A DNA stretch of 64,000 nucleotides from positions 9,419 to 73,418 of the forward strand of contig JBDTOJ010000077.1 in NCBI GenBank assembly GCA_039933295.1, in the 5' to 3' direction. The DNA is from Chloroflexota bacterium. Its GTDB lineage: Bacteria > Chloroflexota > Limnocylindria > Limnocylindrales > CSP1-4. This document shows, piece after piece, positions 36,626 through 46,326 of this stretch (the stretch's first letter is position 1; each line of letters opens with the position of its first letter). The position numbers and the translations under genes were made by a program. The notes beneath the pieces were generated by a model. The model worked only from the letters and a program-made list of their open reading frames with translations, was not told where the DNA came from and did not search any database.

Positions 36626-37227
36626 GCGGTCATCTCCCCGGCCGGATCGGCCTGAATTTCGAGTTGCGGTGTGAGATTGCGTCGGAGGAGACGGAGGCCC
36701 CGATGGACCTGCGCCTTGATCGTGCCTTCGGGTCGGCTGAGCGCCGAGGCGGTTTCCGAGACGGACAGCCCATCCACGTAGCGGAGCACGACGGCCTCGC
36801 GTATCGGGCCCGGCAGGCGGAGCAGGGCCACGGCAAGCTCGCGACGTTGTTCGCGGCGCTCGGCCAGGGCCGGGGGCGACAGGCCCGCCGGGGTCGCGGG
36901 CTCCCAGCCGACTTCGACGAGGGGGTCAAGTTGCACCGGCGGCATTCGATCGACGATGCGTCGGCGGCGATTGCGGGCGAGGTTGATGGTGATCGTGGCG
37001 AGCCAGGGCCGGAGTTTCAGCTCGCGAATGCGCCCGGCGTCGTAGCCGGCCAACGCCGCATAGGCGCGGACGAGGGCATCCTGAGCCACTTCCTCGGCAT
37101 CACTCGGGACCCCGAGATAGCGATCGGCGATTGTGTACATCCGAGCCGCGTGTGCCTCCACCAGCCCTGAAAAGGCGGTGTCGAGGTTCGCTGCGAGGCG
37201 AGCGACGAGGGCGAGGTCGGTATCCAT
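36622..37227 (-). CDS. ECF-family RNA polymerase sigma factor
   Basis: Sigma-2 region (DAEEVAQDALVRAYAAL) and sigma-4 region (LPGPIREAVVLRYVDGLSVSETASAL). Co-transcribed with the MGMT-Ada gene, with a stop/start overlap. Confidence 0.8.
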   Translation of the reverse strand: MDTDLALVARLAANLDTAFSGLVEAHAARMYTIADRYLGVPSDAEEVAQDALVRAYAALAGYDAGRIRELKLRPWLATITINLARNRRRRIVDRMPPVQLDPLVEVGWEPATPAGLSPPALAERREQRRELAVALLRLPGPIREAVVLRYVDGLSVSETASALSRPEGTIKAQVHRGLRLLRRNLTPQLEIQADPAGEMTA

Positions 37228-37278
37228 CGATCTCCAGAACACGGTCCGAGGCGGATCGGTTGCAGTGTGTCCGACGGA

Positions 37279-37956
37279 TCAGGCGCCTGCCAGCACCTCG
37301 ATCTCACCGGTCGGCTGCACGAGGAAGATCCAGATATCCCAGGCCACGTGACTCACGATCAGCGTACCGAGCGGAGCACCCGCCGCGTACAGCGCACACC
37401 AGTGCGCGCCCGCGATGCCGGCCGCGCCCATGAGGGTGAAGTTTCCCGACGTCACGTGCACGCCGCCATACGCACCGGCGGCGAGTGCAGCGCCCTTCCA
37501 GCGCCCGAAGCGGCGCATCAGGGCCGCCTGGACGAGCCCGCGCCAGAAGAGCTCCTCCGCCGGACCGATGATCGTGGCCAGTCGCGTGGCGATCTCCGCT
37601 CGCGGGCGCAGCGTGCGCAGCGCGTAGATCTCGCGGATCTGGGCATCGCCGCTCGGGACGAAGCGACGCGCGAAGCGATCACCGATCTGGAATGTGACAT
37701 ACAGGATCCCGGCCGAGGCGAGGCCAATCGGTATATGCCAGAGCCGGATGTGTGCCCCGCGAGCCTTCCGCGATGTGGCCAGCGCGATGAGCCCCAGAGT
37801 GACGCCGGTCAAGGTCATCCGATCCCAGAACCGCTCGCGCGGGCCGCGGAACGTCGCCGTGAACGCGGTCGCGGCCGCGGCCAGTCCGATCGCCAGGGCG
37901 AGGGAACCGGGCCTGCTGTCAGCCTCGGACGCCGAAGTCGCAGACACGTCAGCCAC
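37279..37956 (-). CDS. CPBP (CAAX) family intramembrane metalloprotease
   Basis: EELFWRG motif 1 and a HVxxN-like motif in TM helices (VHVTSGNF). Confidence 0.75.
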   Translation of the reverse strand: MADVSATSASEADSRPGSLALAIGLAAAATAFTATFRGPRERFWDRMTLTGVTLGLIALATSRKARGAHIRLWHIPIGLASAGILYVTFQIGDRFARRFVPSGDAQIREIYALRTLRPRAEIATRLATIIGPAEELFWRGLVQAALMRRFGRWKGAALAAGAYGGVHVTSGNFTLMGAAGIAGAHWCALYAAGAPLGTLIVSHVAWDIWIFLVQPTGEIEVLAGA

Positions 37957-40027
37957 GCAGCATTCCGGAGAGCAGGACGCCGAGAACGAGCAGACCGCCG
38001 AAGGCCATGTGCAAGCGGGCAGTCTGGAGGTCGATCATCGCGATGGCCCGTGCCTGGCCGGTCGCCCCGAGTTCGGCGGAACGGACCACCTGGGCGAGGA
38101 AGGGGAGGGACAGGATGGCGACCAGCGTGGTGGGCGGTAACCAGCCGAAGGCGACGGACAGGCCAAGCGTCATGTAGGCCCCGAGGACGAGGGCGACATA
38201 CCCGTAGTGCGCCCATTCCTTGCCGATCCGCGACGACAGGGTCACGATCCCGGCTCGGGTGTCCTCGCTGATGTCCCGCCACTCATTGCCGTGCAGGATC
38301 GCCGCAACGAGCAGCCCGACCGGGACCGACAGGATGCCGGCGCTCAGGCTCCATGCGCCGGTGACGGCGAAGTAGCTGCCGACGACCATCAGTGGCCCCA
38401 TCAGGACGAAGACAAGCGGTACGCCAAGCGCGCGGTACTTGTACTGGAGCGGGGGCGCCGTATAGCCCCAGCCCCCGATAAGGCCCACGAGCCCGAGCAC
38501 GATGATGGCGGGGCCGCGGAGCCAGATCAGGTAGACACCAACCGCGATCGCCAGCACGAAGGCAGCGAATGCCACCACGAAGGCGGCGCGTTCCGAGATG
38601 CGTCCCTTGACGATCGCGTGGCTCGCTCGCGGCGAAACGATCGTGTCGACCCCCTGCCGGACGTCGTAGATCTCGTTGATGATGTTGGTCCCGGAGTGCA
38701 GCAGGACGGCACCGATCAGCGCGGCCAAGAACGGCAGTGCGTGGAATCGCCCGTCGACAAACGCGAGGGCTGCCCCGGCCGCCACGGGAACCACGCTCGC
38801 GGTATAGGCGAATGGGCGGAGGATCTCCCAGGTCGCGGCAAGACGGCGCCGCATCGCCTCGATCGGCCCAAGCCGACGATCGTCCGCGAGGCCGACGCCG
38901 CGCCGTGCTTCGCCTTGAGGCGCCGCGGCGTCCTCGCCCCGCGGCGCACCGCTGAGTTCAGGGCTGCGAGCCCCATCAGCCGCGGCGGACGGCATCGGAG
39001 CCGCGGCGAAGAGCGTGGCAGCGGCCAGGAGTTCCTGGATCTGCTGCTCTTCCTGGAGGACCGGCTGGAGCAGTGGCAGATCCAACCCGGTCTCGGCGTG
39101 GTAGGCCATCGCCTTTGCGGCGACATCCTCGCGCGTACCGCACAACATGAACGCATCGAGCAGGTCGTCCGGGATCAGGTTGCCGGCAGTCGTGAAGTCT
39201 TCGGCGCGCCACGCCGTCGCGATCGCGTCGCGGAGCGCGGGATCAAAGCCAGCTCGGCCGAGCGAGATGTCCGACAGGATCGACATCATGTAGATCACGA
39301 ACGGTTCGCGCTTCGCCCGGTTCAGCGCCTCGCGCCGGGTCTTGTCGACAAGTGACAGGAGATAGCCCGCGGAATCGACCGCCGCAGGGTCACGGCCGGC
39401 TTCGGAGGCCGCCGCTCGCAGGCGCTCGAGGATCCCGTGCAGCGATGGGATCGACTCGGCCGGCCGCGCGAGGTAGCCGTCAGCCTTCTGGCCGGCGAGG
39501 GCCACGAAGTCCTTCCGATAGGCGGCGATGAACAGCGGAATGCGGTGAGTGGGCGGAAACATCGGCTGGATCGGCGGCAGGCCGGGGGTTGCTGAGGGGA
39601 GCCGTTGGCCGGCCCAGAGGGCACGCAGCGTATCCATCGCCTCCGAGACGTGGCCCACGGCCGCCTCAGGCGCATAGGGGATGCCCATTTGCTTGAGGCG
39701 CAGCGGCAGGCCGGTCCCGAGGCCCATCACGATCCGCCCGGGCAGGATCTCATCGAGGGCCGACCCAGTCATGGCGAGGACGACGGGGTGGCGGGTATTG
39801 GGATTGACCGCGCCCAGCGCGACCCGGAACGAGCTGAGGTCCTTGTCGCGTGCCAAGCCATCGGCGACGATCGACGCGAACGTGACCGCATCCCGCTCGA
39901 AGTACGAATCGTGGATCCAGACTGATTCAAGGCCCGCATCGCGTGCCTGGCGCGCCCAGTCGAGGACTTCTTCGGGTTCACCCCGAGCGGCCAGGCCGAG
40001 GCCGATGCGGCGGGAGAGTACAGGCAT
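37949..40027 (-). CDS. Fusion protein: N-terminal LLM-class (luciferase-like) flavin/F420-dependent oxidoreductase plus C-terminal UbiA-family prenyltransferase (MenA-like)
   Basis: The N-terminal 330 aa (LESVWIHDSYFERD...) is LLM-like. A low-complexity linker follows. The C-terminal region has 8-9 TM helices with the Asp-rich motif NIINEIYDVRQGVD (N[DE]xxDxxxGxD, as in MenA NDYFDAKKGID). Confidence 0.65.
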   Translation of the reverse strand: MPVLSRRIGLGLAARGEPEEVLDWARQARDAGLESVWIHDSYFERDAVTFASIVADGLARDKDLSSFRVALGAVNPNTRHPVVLAMTGSALDEILPGRIVMGLGTGLPLRLKQMGIPYAPEAAVGHVSEAMDTLRALWAGQRLPSATPGLPPIQPMFPPTHRIPLFIAAYRKDFVALAGQKADGYLARPAESIPSLHGILERLRAAASEAGRDPAAVDSAGYLLSLVDKTRREALNRAKREPFVIYMMSILSDISLGRAGFDPALRDAIATAWRAEDFTTAGNLIPDDLLDAFMLCGTREDVAAKAMAYHAETGLDLPLLQPVLQEEQQIQELLAAATLFAAAPMPSAAADGARSPELSGAPRGEDAAAPQGEARRGVGLADDRRLGPIEAMRRRLAATWEILRPFAYTASVVPVAAGAALAFVDGRFHALPFLAALIGAVLLHSGTNIINEIYDVRQGVDTIVSPRASHAIVKGRISERAAFVVAFAAFVLAIAVGVYLIWLRGPAIIVLGLVGLIGGWGYTAPPLQYKYRALGVPLVFVLMGPLMVVGSYFAVTGAWSLSAGILSVPVGLLVAAILHGNEWRDISEDTRAGIVTLSSRIGKEWAHYGYVALVLGAYMTLGLSVAFGWLPPTTLVAILSLPFLAQVVRSAELGATGQARAIAMIDLQTARLHMAFGGLLVLGVLLSGMLRG

Positions 40028-40135
40028 GACGTGCTCCGATCAGATCCGGGTGCTGACGCGGGCTCCCGGGCTCCCACATGCTACCACGGTGTAGCCGGTT
40101 ATTGGGAGTCGCCACCGTGCGACAATTCGTCGACG

Positions 40136-41146
40136 ATGCACCTCGACGAGCAGCACGACGACGTCATCGCGGGCCTTGGCGGTTTCTACCGCACATGGAT
40201 CGCGTATCTCGGGATCGAACTCGGGTTCTTTCATGCCCTGCGTGCCGCGGGCACGTCTGGCCTCAGTGCCGAGGAACTCGCGACGCGGACCGGTACCCAT
40301 GTCAAGGCCGTTGCGACCTGGGCCTGGGCCGCGGATGCCCATGGCCTGGTGACCTCGACGGAACGCCTGCGCGTCGATGACGACCTCGCGGCGGTCCTGA
40401 TCGACGAGCAGCGCACCGTTTATCTCGGCGGGCAGGTGATCCACTCTGTCGTTTCGACGCTCGATTGGGACGGCATGCTCGAGTTCTTTCGGTCCGGCGT
40501 GCCGATCCGAAGCCGACCGGATCGCTATCGGACGGCGATCGAGCGAGTCACGCGTCAGGATGTCGCCGTCTTCTTCGCCGAGGCCCTCGCCGCGCTGCCC
40601 AATCTCGTCGCGAAACTGTCGGGCGGTGGTCGGGTTCTCGACGTTCACTGCGGCGGTGGGCGATGGCTCGTCGCCATGGCCCAGCGATTTCCAGCCGCGA
40701 CGCTGATCGGGATCGAGGATGAAGCCGACTCCCGCGCACGGGCCAGTCAGTTGATCGAGGACGCGGGCCTCGGCGAACGCGTCCGGATCGATTCCGTTTC
40801 CCTCGATCGAGTCACGGGAGCCTTCGACCTCACCTACTTCCAGTACGCGCTTCATGCGCTGGCCGACCCGGCCGCCTCGCTGCGATCGGCGTGGGCGGCG
40901 CTGGCGCCGGACGGCTGGTTGCTCGTGCTTGATTGGCTCCTGCCGACCGACGACGACGAGCTGCATTCGATCCATGGCGAGCTGATTGCGGGCGTCCACC
41001 TCGACGAGGTGTTCTCAGGTGCTGGGCTGCACGAGATCGGCAGGTATCTCGACTGGTTCAAGGCCGCCGGGACGCCCGATCCCGAGGCCATCGACCTTCC
41101 GTCCGGGGCCACGCTCTTCGCGCTGCATCGATCACCGACAGCCTGA
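40136..41146 (+). CDS. Class-I SAM-dependent methyltransferase (O-methyltransferase-like with N-terminal winged-helix dimerisation domain)
   Basis: VLDVHCGGGRWL (motif I) and LIGIEDEADS (motif II). The N-terminal 100 aa resembles a plant/Streptomyces OMT dimerisation domain. ATG at 40136; the ORF could extend to 40031. Confidence 0.7.
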   Translation: MHLDEQHDDVIAGLGGFYRTWIAYLGIELGFFHALRAAGTSGLSAEELATRTGTHVKAVATWAWAADAHGLVTSTERLRVDDDLAAVLIDEQRTVYLGGQVIHSVVSTLDWDGMLEFFRSGVPIRSRPDRYRTAIERVTRQDVAVFFAEALAALPNLVAKLSGGGRVLDVHCGGGRWLVAMAQRFPAATLIGIEDEADSRARASQLIEDAGLGERVRIDSVSLDRVTGAFDLTYFQYALHALADPAASLRSAWAALAPDGWLLVLDWLLPTDDDELHSIHGELIAGVHLDEVFSGAGLHEIGRYLDWFKAAGTPDPEAIDLPSGATLFALHRSPTA

Positions 41147-41156
41147 CCGGGGCCGC

Positions 41157-41984
41157 GTGCTGCCTCCGCTCGTCATCGATCCGGCGCTTGGTCGTCGGTT
41201 GGTGGCCCATGAGGCGCTGGTGCATGCACGGGGTGGCCGAGAACTCCGTGATCTCGGTGACGGGCTGCTCCTCTACGACCCGACCGACCCAGAGCCGTTC
41301 TGGAATCGTCTTGTTGCGCCACGCTGGCCGTCCGCTCCGGCGCTTGTCGAGGCGCGCATCGACGAAATCACCACCCTCTTTGCGTCGCTCGGTCGCATGC
41401 CGCACATCCGGACGATGCCCCTGGGCGGCGAGCCCGCCGATCTCGAGTCGCAGCTCGTGCAGGCCGGGTTTCGCCTGGTCGGCCGGGACCGCGCGATGGC
41501 CCTGACCGATACCGGACCTTCGATTGCCATCACGCGCACGCTCGTCAGTCGGCCCAACCTGCGGGTTGAGCAGGTAGGGACCGGGTCGGCGTCGAGCGCC
41601 ATGGATGTTGCGCGCGTGCTCGTGGAGGCATTTGATGTCGAGTCGGACCGCGTGCCGGCCCTCGCGGCTGAGACCCTCGCGGCATCGAAACGAGACGGAG
41701 GCGCCGCGCTGCTCCTCCTTGATGACGACCGGCCAGTCGCGGCGGCTCGACGAGTCACGGTGGATGGCGCGACCTACCTCTCCTCGATTGGCACGATCCC
41801 ATCAGCCCGGGGCCAGGGTTTCGCGACGATCCTGACCGCAGTCGCGATCGCAGGTGCCATCAGCGCAGGCACCGGTCTCATCCACCTGCTTGCGGAGGCG
41901 GGGATGGCCAGAACCGAGCGCCTGTATCGCCGAATGGGCTTCGAATCCGTGGGAGAACCGATCGCGGATCTGCTCCTCCGCTGA
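41157..41984 (+). CDS. GNAT-family N-acetyltransferase (two-lobed)
   Basis: C-terminal acetyl-CoA motif ARGQGFATILTAVAIAGA. GTG start placed just after the MTase stop. Confidence 0.6.
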   Translation: MLPPLVIDPALGRRLVAHEALVHARGGRELRDLGDGLLLYDPTDPEPFWNRLVAPRWPSAPALVEARIDEITTLFASLGRMPHIRTMPLGGEPADLESQLVQAGFRLVGRDRAMALTDTGPSIAITRTLVSRPNLRVEQVGTGSASSAMDVARVLVEAFDVESDRVPALAAETLAASKRDGGAALLLLDDDRPVAAARRVTVDGATYLSSIGTIPSARGQGFATILTAVAIAGAISAGTGLIHLLAEAGMARTERLYRRMGFESVGEPIADLLLR

Positions 41985-42028
41985 CGCCGGGTACCCGCCG
42001 CGGGCGCGTCGGCGATACCATCGGGACC

Positions 42029-42469
42029 ATGACCGACATACCCGGCACGAACCTGCGGCCGGCCACCCAGGCCGACGCCCCGCGCATCGCAGCGCTCTTC
42101 ACCGAGGAGGGCTACCCGGTCACGCCATCGGTCGTGGCCGCCCGCCTCGCGCGGTTCGACGTCAAGGGTTCGAACGTCATCGTCGCCGACGCCGAGGGCA
42201 GCGTGATCGGCTTCGTCGCCTATCACGTGATCCCTCGGTTCGAGCATGACGACAGCGCGATCCGGATCCTGGCGCTGGTCGTCGATGCCGGCGCACGAGC
42301 TCGTGGCGTCGGACGGCGACTCATCGGTGAAGTCGAGCGCGTGGCGACCGAGCGAGGGGCTGCGTTCGTCGAGGTCACGGCCGGTCATCATCGGCCCGAT
42401 GCCCGGCGCCTCTACGAATCCCTGGGTTACGACGCCAATCTGACGGCGTACCTCCGGAAGCGTCGATGA
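42029..42469 (+). CDS. GNAT-family N-acetyltransferase
   Basis: Acetyl-CoA-binding motif: LVVDAGARARGVGRRLIGEVERVA...RLYESLGY. Confidence 0.8.
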   Translation: MTDIPGTNLRPATQADAPRIAALFTEEGYPVTPSVVAARLARFDVKGSNVIVADAEGSVIGFVAYHVIPRFEHDDSAIRILALVVDAGARARGVGRRLIGEVERVATERGAAFVEVTAGHHRPDARRLYESLGYDANLTAYLRKRR

Positions 42470-42490
42470 CCTGCCGCTCAGGTTTGAGTC

Positions 42491-43414
42491 GTGGCTGAGG
42501 CCGCTGTCCAGGTCCGCGACCTGCGGAAGGCATATGGGGACACGCTCGCCGTCGATGGCGTCTCGTTCGAGGTCACGCCAGGTGAGGTCTTCGGACTCCT
42601 CGGCCCGAATGGCGCCGGCAAGACGACGACCGTCGAGATCCTGGAGGGCCTCCGCACTGCCGATTCGGGTGAAGCCACGGTCCTCGGTGTCGACACGAGC
42701 CGCCATCCGGATCGGCTCAAGCCGCGGATCGGCGTCGCGCTCCAGACGGCCGCCCTGTATCCGAAATTGACGGTGACCGAGGTCCTCGACCTGTTCCGCA
42801 CCTTCTACGGTGCGCGGGGCCGGACGACGGCCGATCTGATCGAAACGTTCGACCTCGGGGAGAAGCGGTCGTCGCAGACCCGCGAGCTATCCGGCGGGCA
42901 GCGTCAGCGGCTGGCGGTTGCGCTTGCCCTCGTGAACAACCCTGAACTGGTCTTCCTCGATGAGCCGACGACCGGCCTTGATCCAGCCGCGCGACGAGCA
43001 CTCTGGGACATCATCCTCGACCTTCGACGCCAGGGGACGACCGTGGTCCTGACGACCCACTACCTCGAGGAGGCGGAGCTCCTGTGCGATCACGTTGCGA
43101 TCATGGATCACGGGCACGTCCTGGAATCCGGGACGGTCAAGGAACTGGTGGGCCGCCACTTTCAGGAGCGCGCGGTGCGTTTCGACCAGATCGACCATCT
43201 CTCGGACACGCGCCTGGCGTCGATCGCCGGCGTCGCCTCCGTGGCGCATGAACACGGCGAAGTCGTCCTCTATACGCGGGATGTGCCTGGGACGATCGCC
43301 GGCGTCCTCTCGATGGCCGCTGAATCGGGGATTGATCCCGAGAACCTCACCATTCGCCGTCCCACGCTGGAAGACGTCTTCCTGGCCCTCACCGGTCGCG
43401 CACTTCGAGATTGA
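42491..43414 (+). CDS. ABC transporter ATP-binding protein (ABC-2 exporter type)
   Basis: Walker A GLLGPNGAGKTT, ABC signature LSGGQRQRL, Walker B LVFLDEPTTGLD. Confidence 0.85.
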   Translation: MAEAAVQVRDLRKAYGDTLAVDGVSFEVTPGEVFGLLGPNGAGKTTTVEILEGLRTADSGEATVLGVDTSRHPDRLKPRIGVALQTAALYPKLTVTEVLDLFRTFYGARGRTTADLIETFDLGEKRSSQTRELSGGQRQRLAVALALVNNPELVFLDEPTTGLDPAARRALWDIILDLRRQGTTVVLTTHYLEEAELLCDHVAIMDHGHVLESGTVKELVGRHFQERAVRFDQIDHLSDTRLASIAGVASVAHEHGEVVLYTRDVPGTIAGVLSMAAESGIDPENLTIRRPTLEDVFLALTGRALRD

Positions 43415-43422
43415 GGCCAGCC

Positions 43423-44520
43423 ATGCAGACCCTCCTCCAACTGACTCTCGCGAACATCCGCAGCTTCACGAGAGACCGGGCCGCGGTCTTCTGGACCATG
43501 GCATTCCCGCTCATCTTCATCCTGATGTTCGGGGCGATCTTCACCGGTGGGGGGAGCGCGAACCGCGTCTTTGGATGGGCAGATCAGGACGGGTCGTCGG
43601 CGTCTGCCGAACTCCGTGTCGCGTTCTCGGCGCTCGCCAATGTCGAGCTGCGGGATCTGACTGAAGAAGCGGCGCTCGCAGACATGCGCACGGGCGACCT
43701 GCAGGCCGTGATCGTGGTTCCGGGCGGGTACGGCGCGGGGATCGCCAGCGCGGCGCAGCAACCGGGACCCCCGATCGCCATCGCCGTCTACACCGACCCG
43801 ACGCAACAGAGCCAGAGCGCGGACACCTTCCGCTTCGTCAATACCGTTCTCGGCGAGATCAACCTGAAGTTGACCGGCCGCGGCCCGGTGGTGGTGCCGG
43901 AGGCTCGGGCTGTACAGACGGAATCGCTGACGTTCATCAGCTACCTCGTGCCGAGCATCCTTGGCATGGCACTCATGCAACTCGGCGTCTTCTCGGCAAT
44001 CCCCCTCGTGGGGGATCGTGAGAAGGGGATCCTCAAGCGGCTCAACGCCACGCCGCTCCGTCGGTGGCAGCTGGTCGGCAGCAACGTCCTGATGCGATTG
44101 ATCATCGGCATTGTCCAGACCGTGGTGATCGTCTCGGTTGGGGCGCTCGCGTTCGGCGTCCAGATTTCCGGGAACCTGCTCCTGGTCGCGGCGCTCGTCA
44201 TTCTCGGTTCCATGTCGTTCATCGCGCTGGGCTACGTGATCGCATCGTTTGCGCGGACCGAGGATGCGGCGAACGGGATGACGAGCGTTGTCCAGTTCCC
44301 GCTGATGTTCTTGTCCGGGACGTTCTTCCCGATCGACTCCATGCCGGACTTCCTCAAGGGCATTGCGCGGGTTCTGCCCTTGACCTACCTGTCCGATGGA
44401 CTCCGTCAGGTCATGGTCGGCGGAACGCCGTTCTCACCGCTGTGGTTGTGTTTCGCGGTGCTGATCGGCTTCCTCGTCATCTGCTTCGCGATTTCGGCCC
44501 GATTCTTCCGCTGGAGCTGA
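43423..44520 (+). CDS. ABC-2 family transporter permease
   Basis: ABC-2 permease topology: one N-terminal TM helix, a periplasmic loop of about 150 aa, and five C-terminal TM helices. ATG at 43423. Confidence 0.75.
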   Translation: MQTLLQLTLANIRSFTRDRAAVFWTMAFPLIFILMFGAIFTGGGSANRVFGWADQDGSSASAELRVAFSALANVELRDLTEEAALADMRTGDLQAVIVVPGGYGAGIASAAQQPGPPIAIAVYTDPTQQSQSADTFRFVNTVLGEINLKLTGRGPVVVPEARAVQTESLTFISYLVPSILGMALMQLGVFSAIPLVGDREKGILKRLNATPLRRWQLVGSNVLMRLIIGIVQTVVIVSVGALAFGVQISGNLLLVAALVILGSMSFIALGYVIASFARTEDAANGMTSVVQFPLMFLSGTFFPIDSMPDFLKGIARVLPLTYLSDGLRQVMVGGTPFSPLWLCFAVLIGFLVICFAISARFFRWS

Positions 44521-45118
44521 CCTTCGGGTTCGGTGTCCGGACCACCGGGCTGCCGACGACCTGCGGCCCACCGGCGCTGGGCCCGCTCCCTGCCTGGGAC
44601 CAGGCCTCGCGATGGACGATGTCGTCGAGTTTCCGGCGACCGCCGGATTTGAGCGGCCGAGTGAGATCGGTCGGGTCCGCGGGGTAGCCGAACGAGAGCA
44701 GGTACTCGCAGGCCATATCCGTCGGCAGCCCGAGCAGCTCATGGACGAGAGCCTGGTCGTAGACGGTTGCCGGACAGCTGCCGATCCCGCGTCCCCAGGC
44801 GGTGAGGATCATGTTCTGGGACGCCAGCCCGAGGTCCCACAGGATCGACAGCGGCGCCCCCGGACGACGCGGGTCCGGGGAGACGAGGGCGATGGCCGCA
44901 GCCGCACCGGCCAGGTGACCCGCGAACGCGCCTACGGAACCCAGCGCGCGCAGCCGCTCCCGTTCCGTGATCACGACGAACGCCCATCGCTGCTGGTTCT
45001 TGGAACTTCCAGCCCGCCTGCCGGACCGGATGATGGCATCAAGATCCTCGGCGGCGAGGGGCCGGTCCTCGAACGCTCGAACGACCCGCACGCCGGCGAT
45101 GGCCGGTTCGATCTCCAT
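44477..45118 (-). CDS. Nitroreductase-family protein
   Basis: Nitroreductase fold: RSGRRAGSSKNQQRWAFVV...QNMILTAWGRGIGSC. Its stop abuts the hydrolase gene (TGA, 2 nt, then ATG). Confidence 0.7.
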   Translation of the reverse strand: MEIEPAIAGVRVVRAFEDRPLAAEDLDAIIRSGRRAGSSKNQQRWAFVVITERERLRALGSVGAFAGHLAGAAAAIALVSPDPRRPGAPLSILWDLGLASQNMILTAWGRGIGSCPATVYDQALVHELLGLPTDMACEYLLSFGYPADPTDLTRPLKSGGRRKLDDIVHREAWSQAGSGPSAGGPQVVGSPVVRTPNPKVSSSGRIGPKSRSR

Positions 45119-45120
45119 GG

Positions 45121-46326
45121 TCAGGCGTCGCCCTCGCCCACGACCGCCGAGGGATTTGCGGCGGCGGCCGTCGAGGGTCGGGCGCCGCCGCCCAGCCCGG
45201 GGGATGCACCGTTCGAACCGTGGATCCCGCTCTGGGCGACCGGCGCAAGCGCCGAGAATCCGTGATCCGGTTCGACCGGACGCCGCGCGTCGATGCCCTC
45301 CGCGACGAGGGCTGCCTGGTCCGGTGGCAGCGGTCCGCCAAGGGCCGTCGCGAGGAAGCGGCCGATGGCCCCGCGGTAGGCCGGGAATTCGTACAGCCAG
45401 CTGTGACGTCCATCCGGGATCGCGAGGACCTCGATCGGGGCAGCATCCGGATCCGTGGCCCGGGCGGTTCGTCCCGCGGCAACGAGGCGCTCAAGGTGCC
45501 GGTACGGCACGATCTGATCGTCCGTGCCGTGGATGGCGAGGACAGGGCCGGTGTATCGGCCCAGCGCGGCAGATGCCGAGATCTCCCGAGGAGCGCGCCC
45601 GCGGGGCCTGAGAAAAACGCGCGTCGTCAGCCACGCGAGCGGATACGCGATGGGGTCGGGGAGCGGGATGTGGGCCAGGCGGAAGGTCTGGCGCGTCATC
45701 CGGTACGGGTCGGAGGGCGTTGCCGTGAGGATGACCGCGGCGACACGGGGCTCGGCGGCAGCCGCCAGAGCGGCTCCGACCGAACCCATCGAGTGGCCAA
45801 GGACCGCGACGGCCGTCACCGACGGGTCCGCGAGAGCCGCTTCGACCCCGGCGAGCGCGTCGGCTCCGAACTCGCCAGCGCTGACGGGGAGCGTCTCGGC
45901 CGCGTTCGCGCCGTGCCCACGGACATCGAGCGTGAGCACGTGGTATCCGAGCGCGTGCAGGAACTGGGCGTTCGGCAGCGTTCGATGCCGCGCCGATTCC
46001 CAGCCGTGGACCAGGACAATCGCCGGGGCCAGGCCACCGCCCGCCGCGGGGATCCACCACGCGGGCAATGCGAGCCCATCGCTCGTCGGAACCGAACGAT
46101 CTTCGAAGACCAGACCGAAATCCGACGGATCCGACGTCGGGGGCTGCGGACGAGGATGGCCGGCCCGTCGTCGGTACACGTGAGCAAAGCGCAAGGCGGC
46201 CGCGATCGGTGCGGCAAGCACGGCCGTTGCGATGCCGGCAAGCCGGATCGTGGATTTCGAGGTCACGGTTACAGGGGACGCCAGACACCCGTGCCTGTCA
46301 AGTGCGCTGCCCGATACACTCGCCAT
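45121..46326 (-). CDS. Alpha/beta hydrolase (membrane-anchored, S9/S33-like)
   Basis: Nucleophile elbow LGHSMGS plus the HGWES oxyanion region. N-terminal TM helix IRLAGIATAVLAAPIAAAL. Start uncertain (M34 at 46326, the GTG at 46266, or M1 at 46425). Confidence 0.6.
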   Translation of the reverse strand: MASVSGSALDRHGCLASPVTVTSKSTIRLAGIATAVLAAPIAAALRFAHVYRRRAGHPRPQPPTSDPSDFGLVFEDRSVPTSDGLALPAWWIPAAGGGLAPAIVLVHGWESARHRTLPNAQFLHALGYHVLTLDVRGHGANAAETLPVSAGEFGADALAGVEAALADPSVTAVAVLGHSMGSVGAALAAAAEPRVAAVILTATPSDPYRMTRQTFRLAHIPLPDPIAYPLAWLTTRVFLRPRGRAPREISASAALGRYTGPVLAIHGTDDQIVPYRHLERLVAAGRTARATDPDAAPIEVLAIPDGRHSWLYEFPAYRGAIGRFLATALGGPLPPDQAALVAEGIDARRPVEPDHGFSALAPVAQSGIHGSNGASPGLGGGARPSTAAAANPSAVVGEGDA

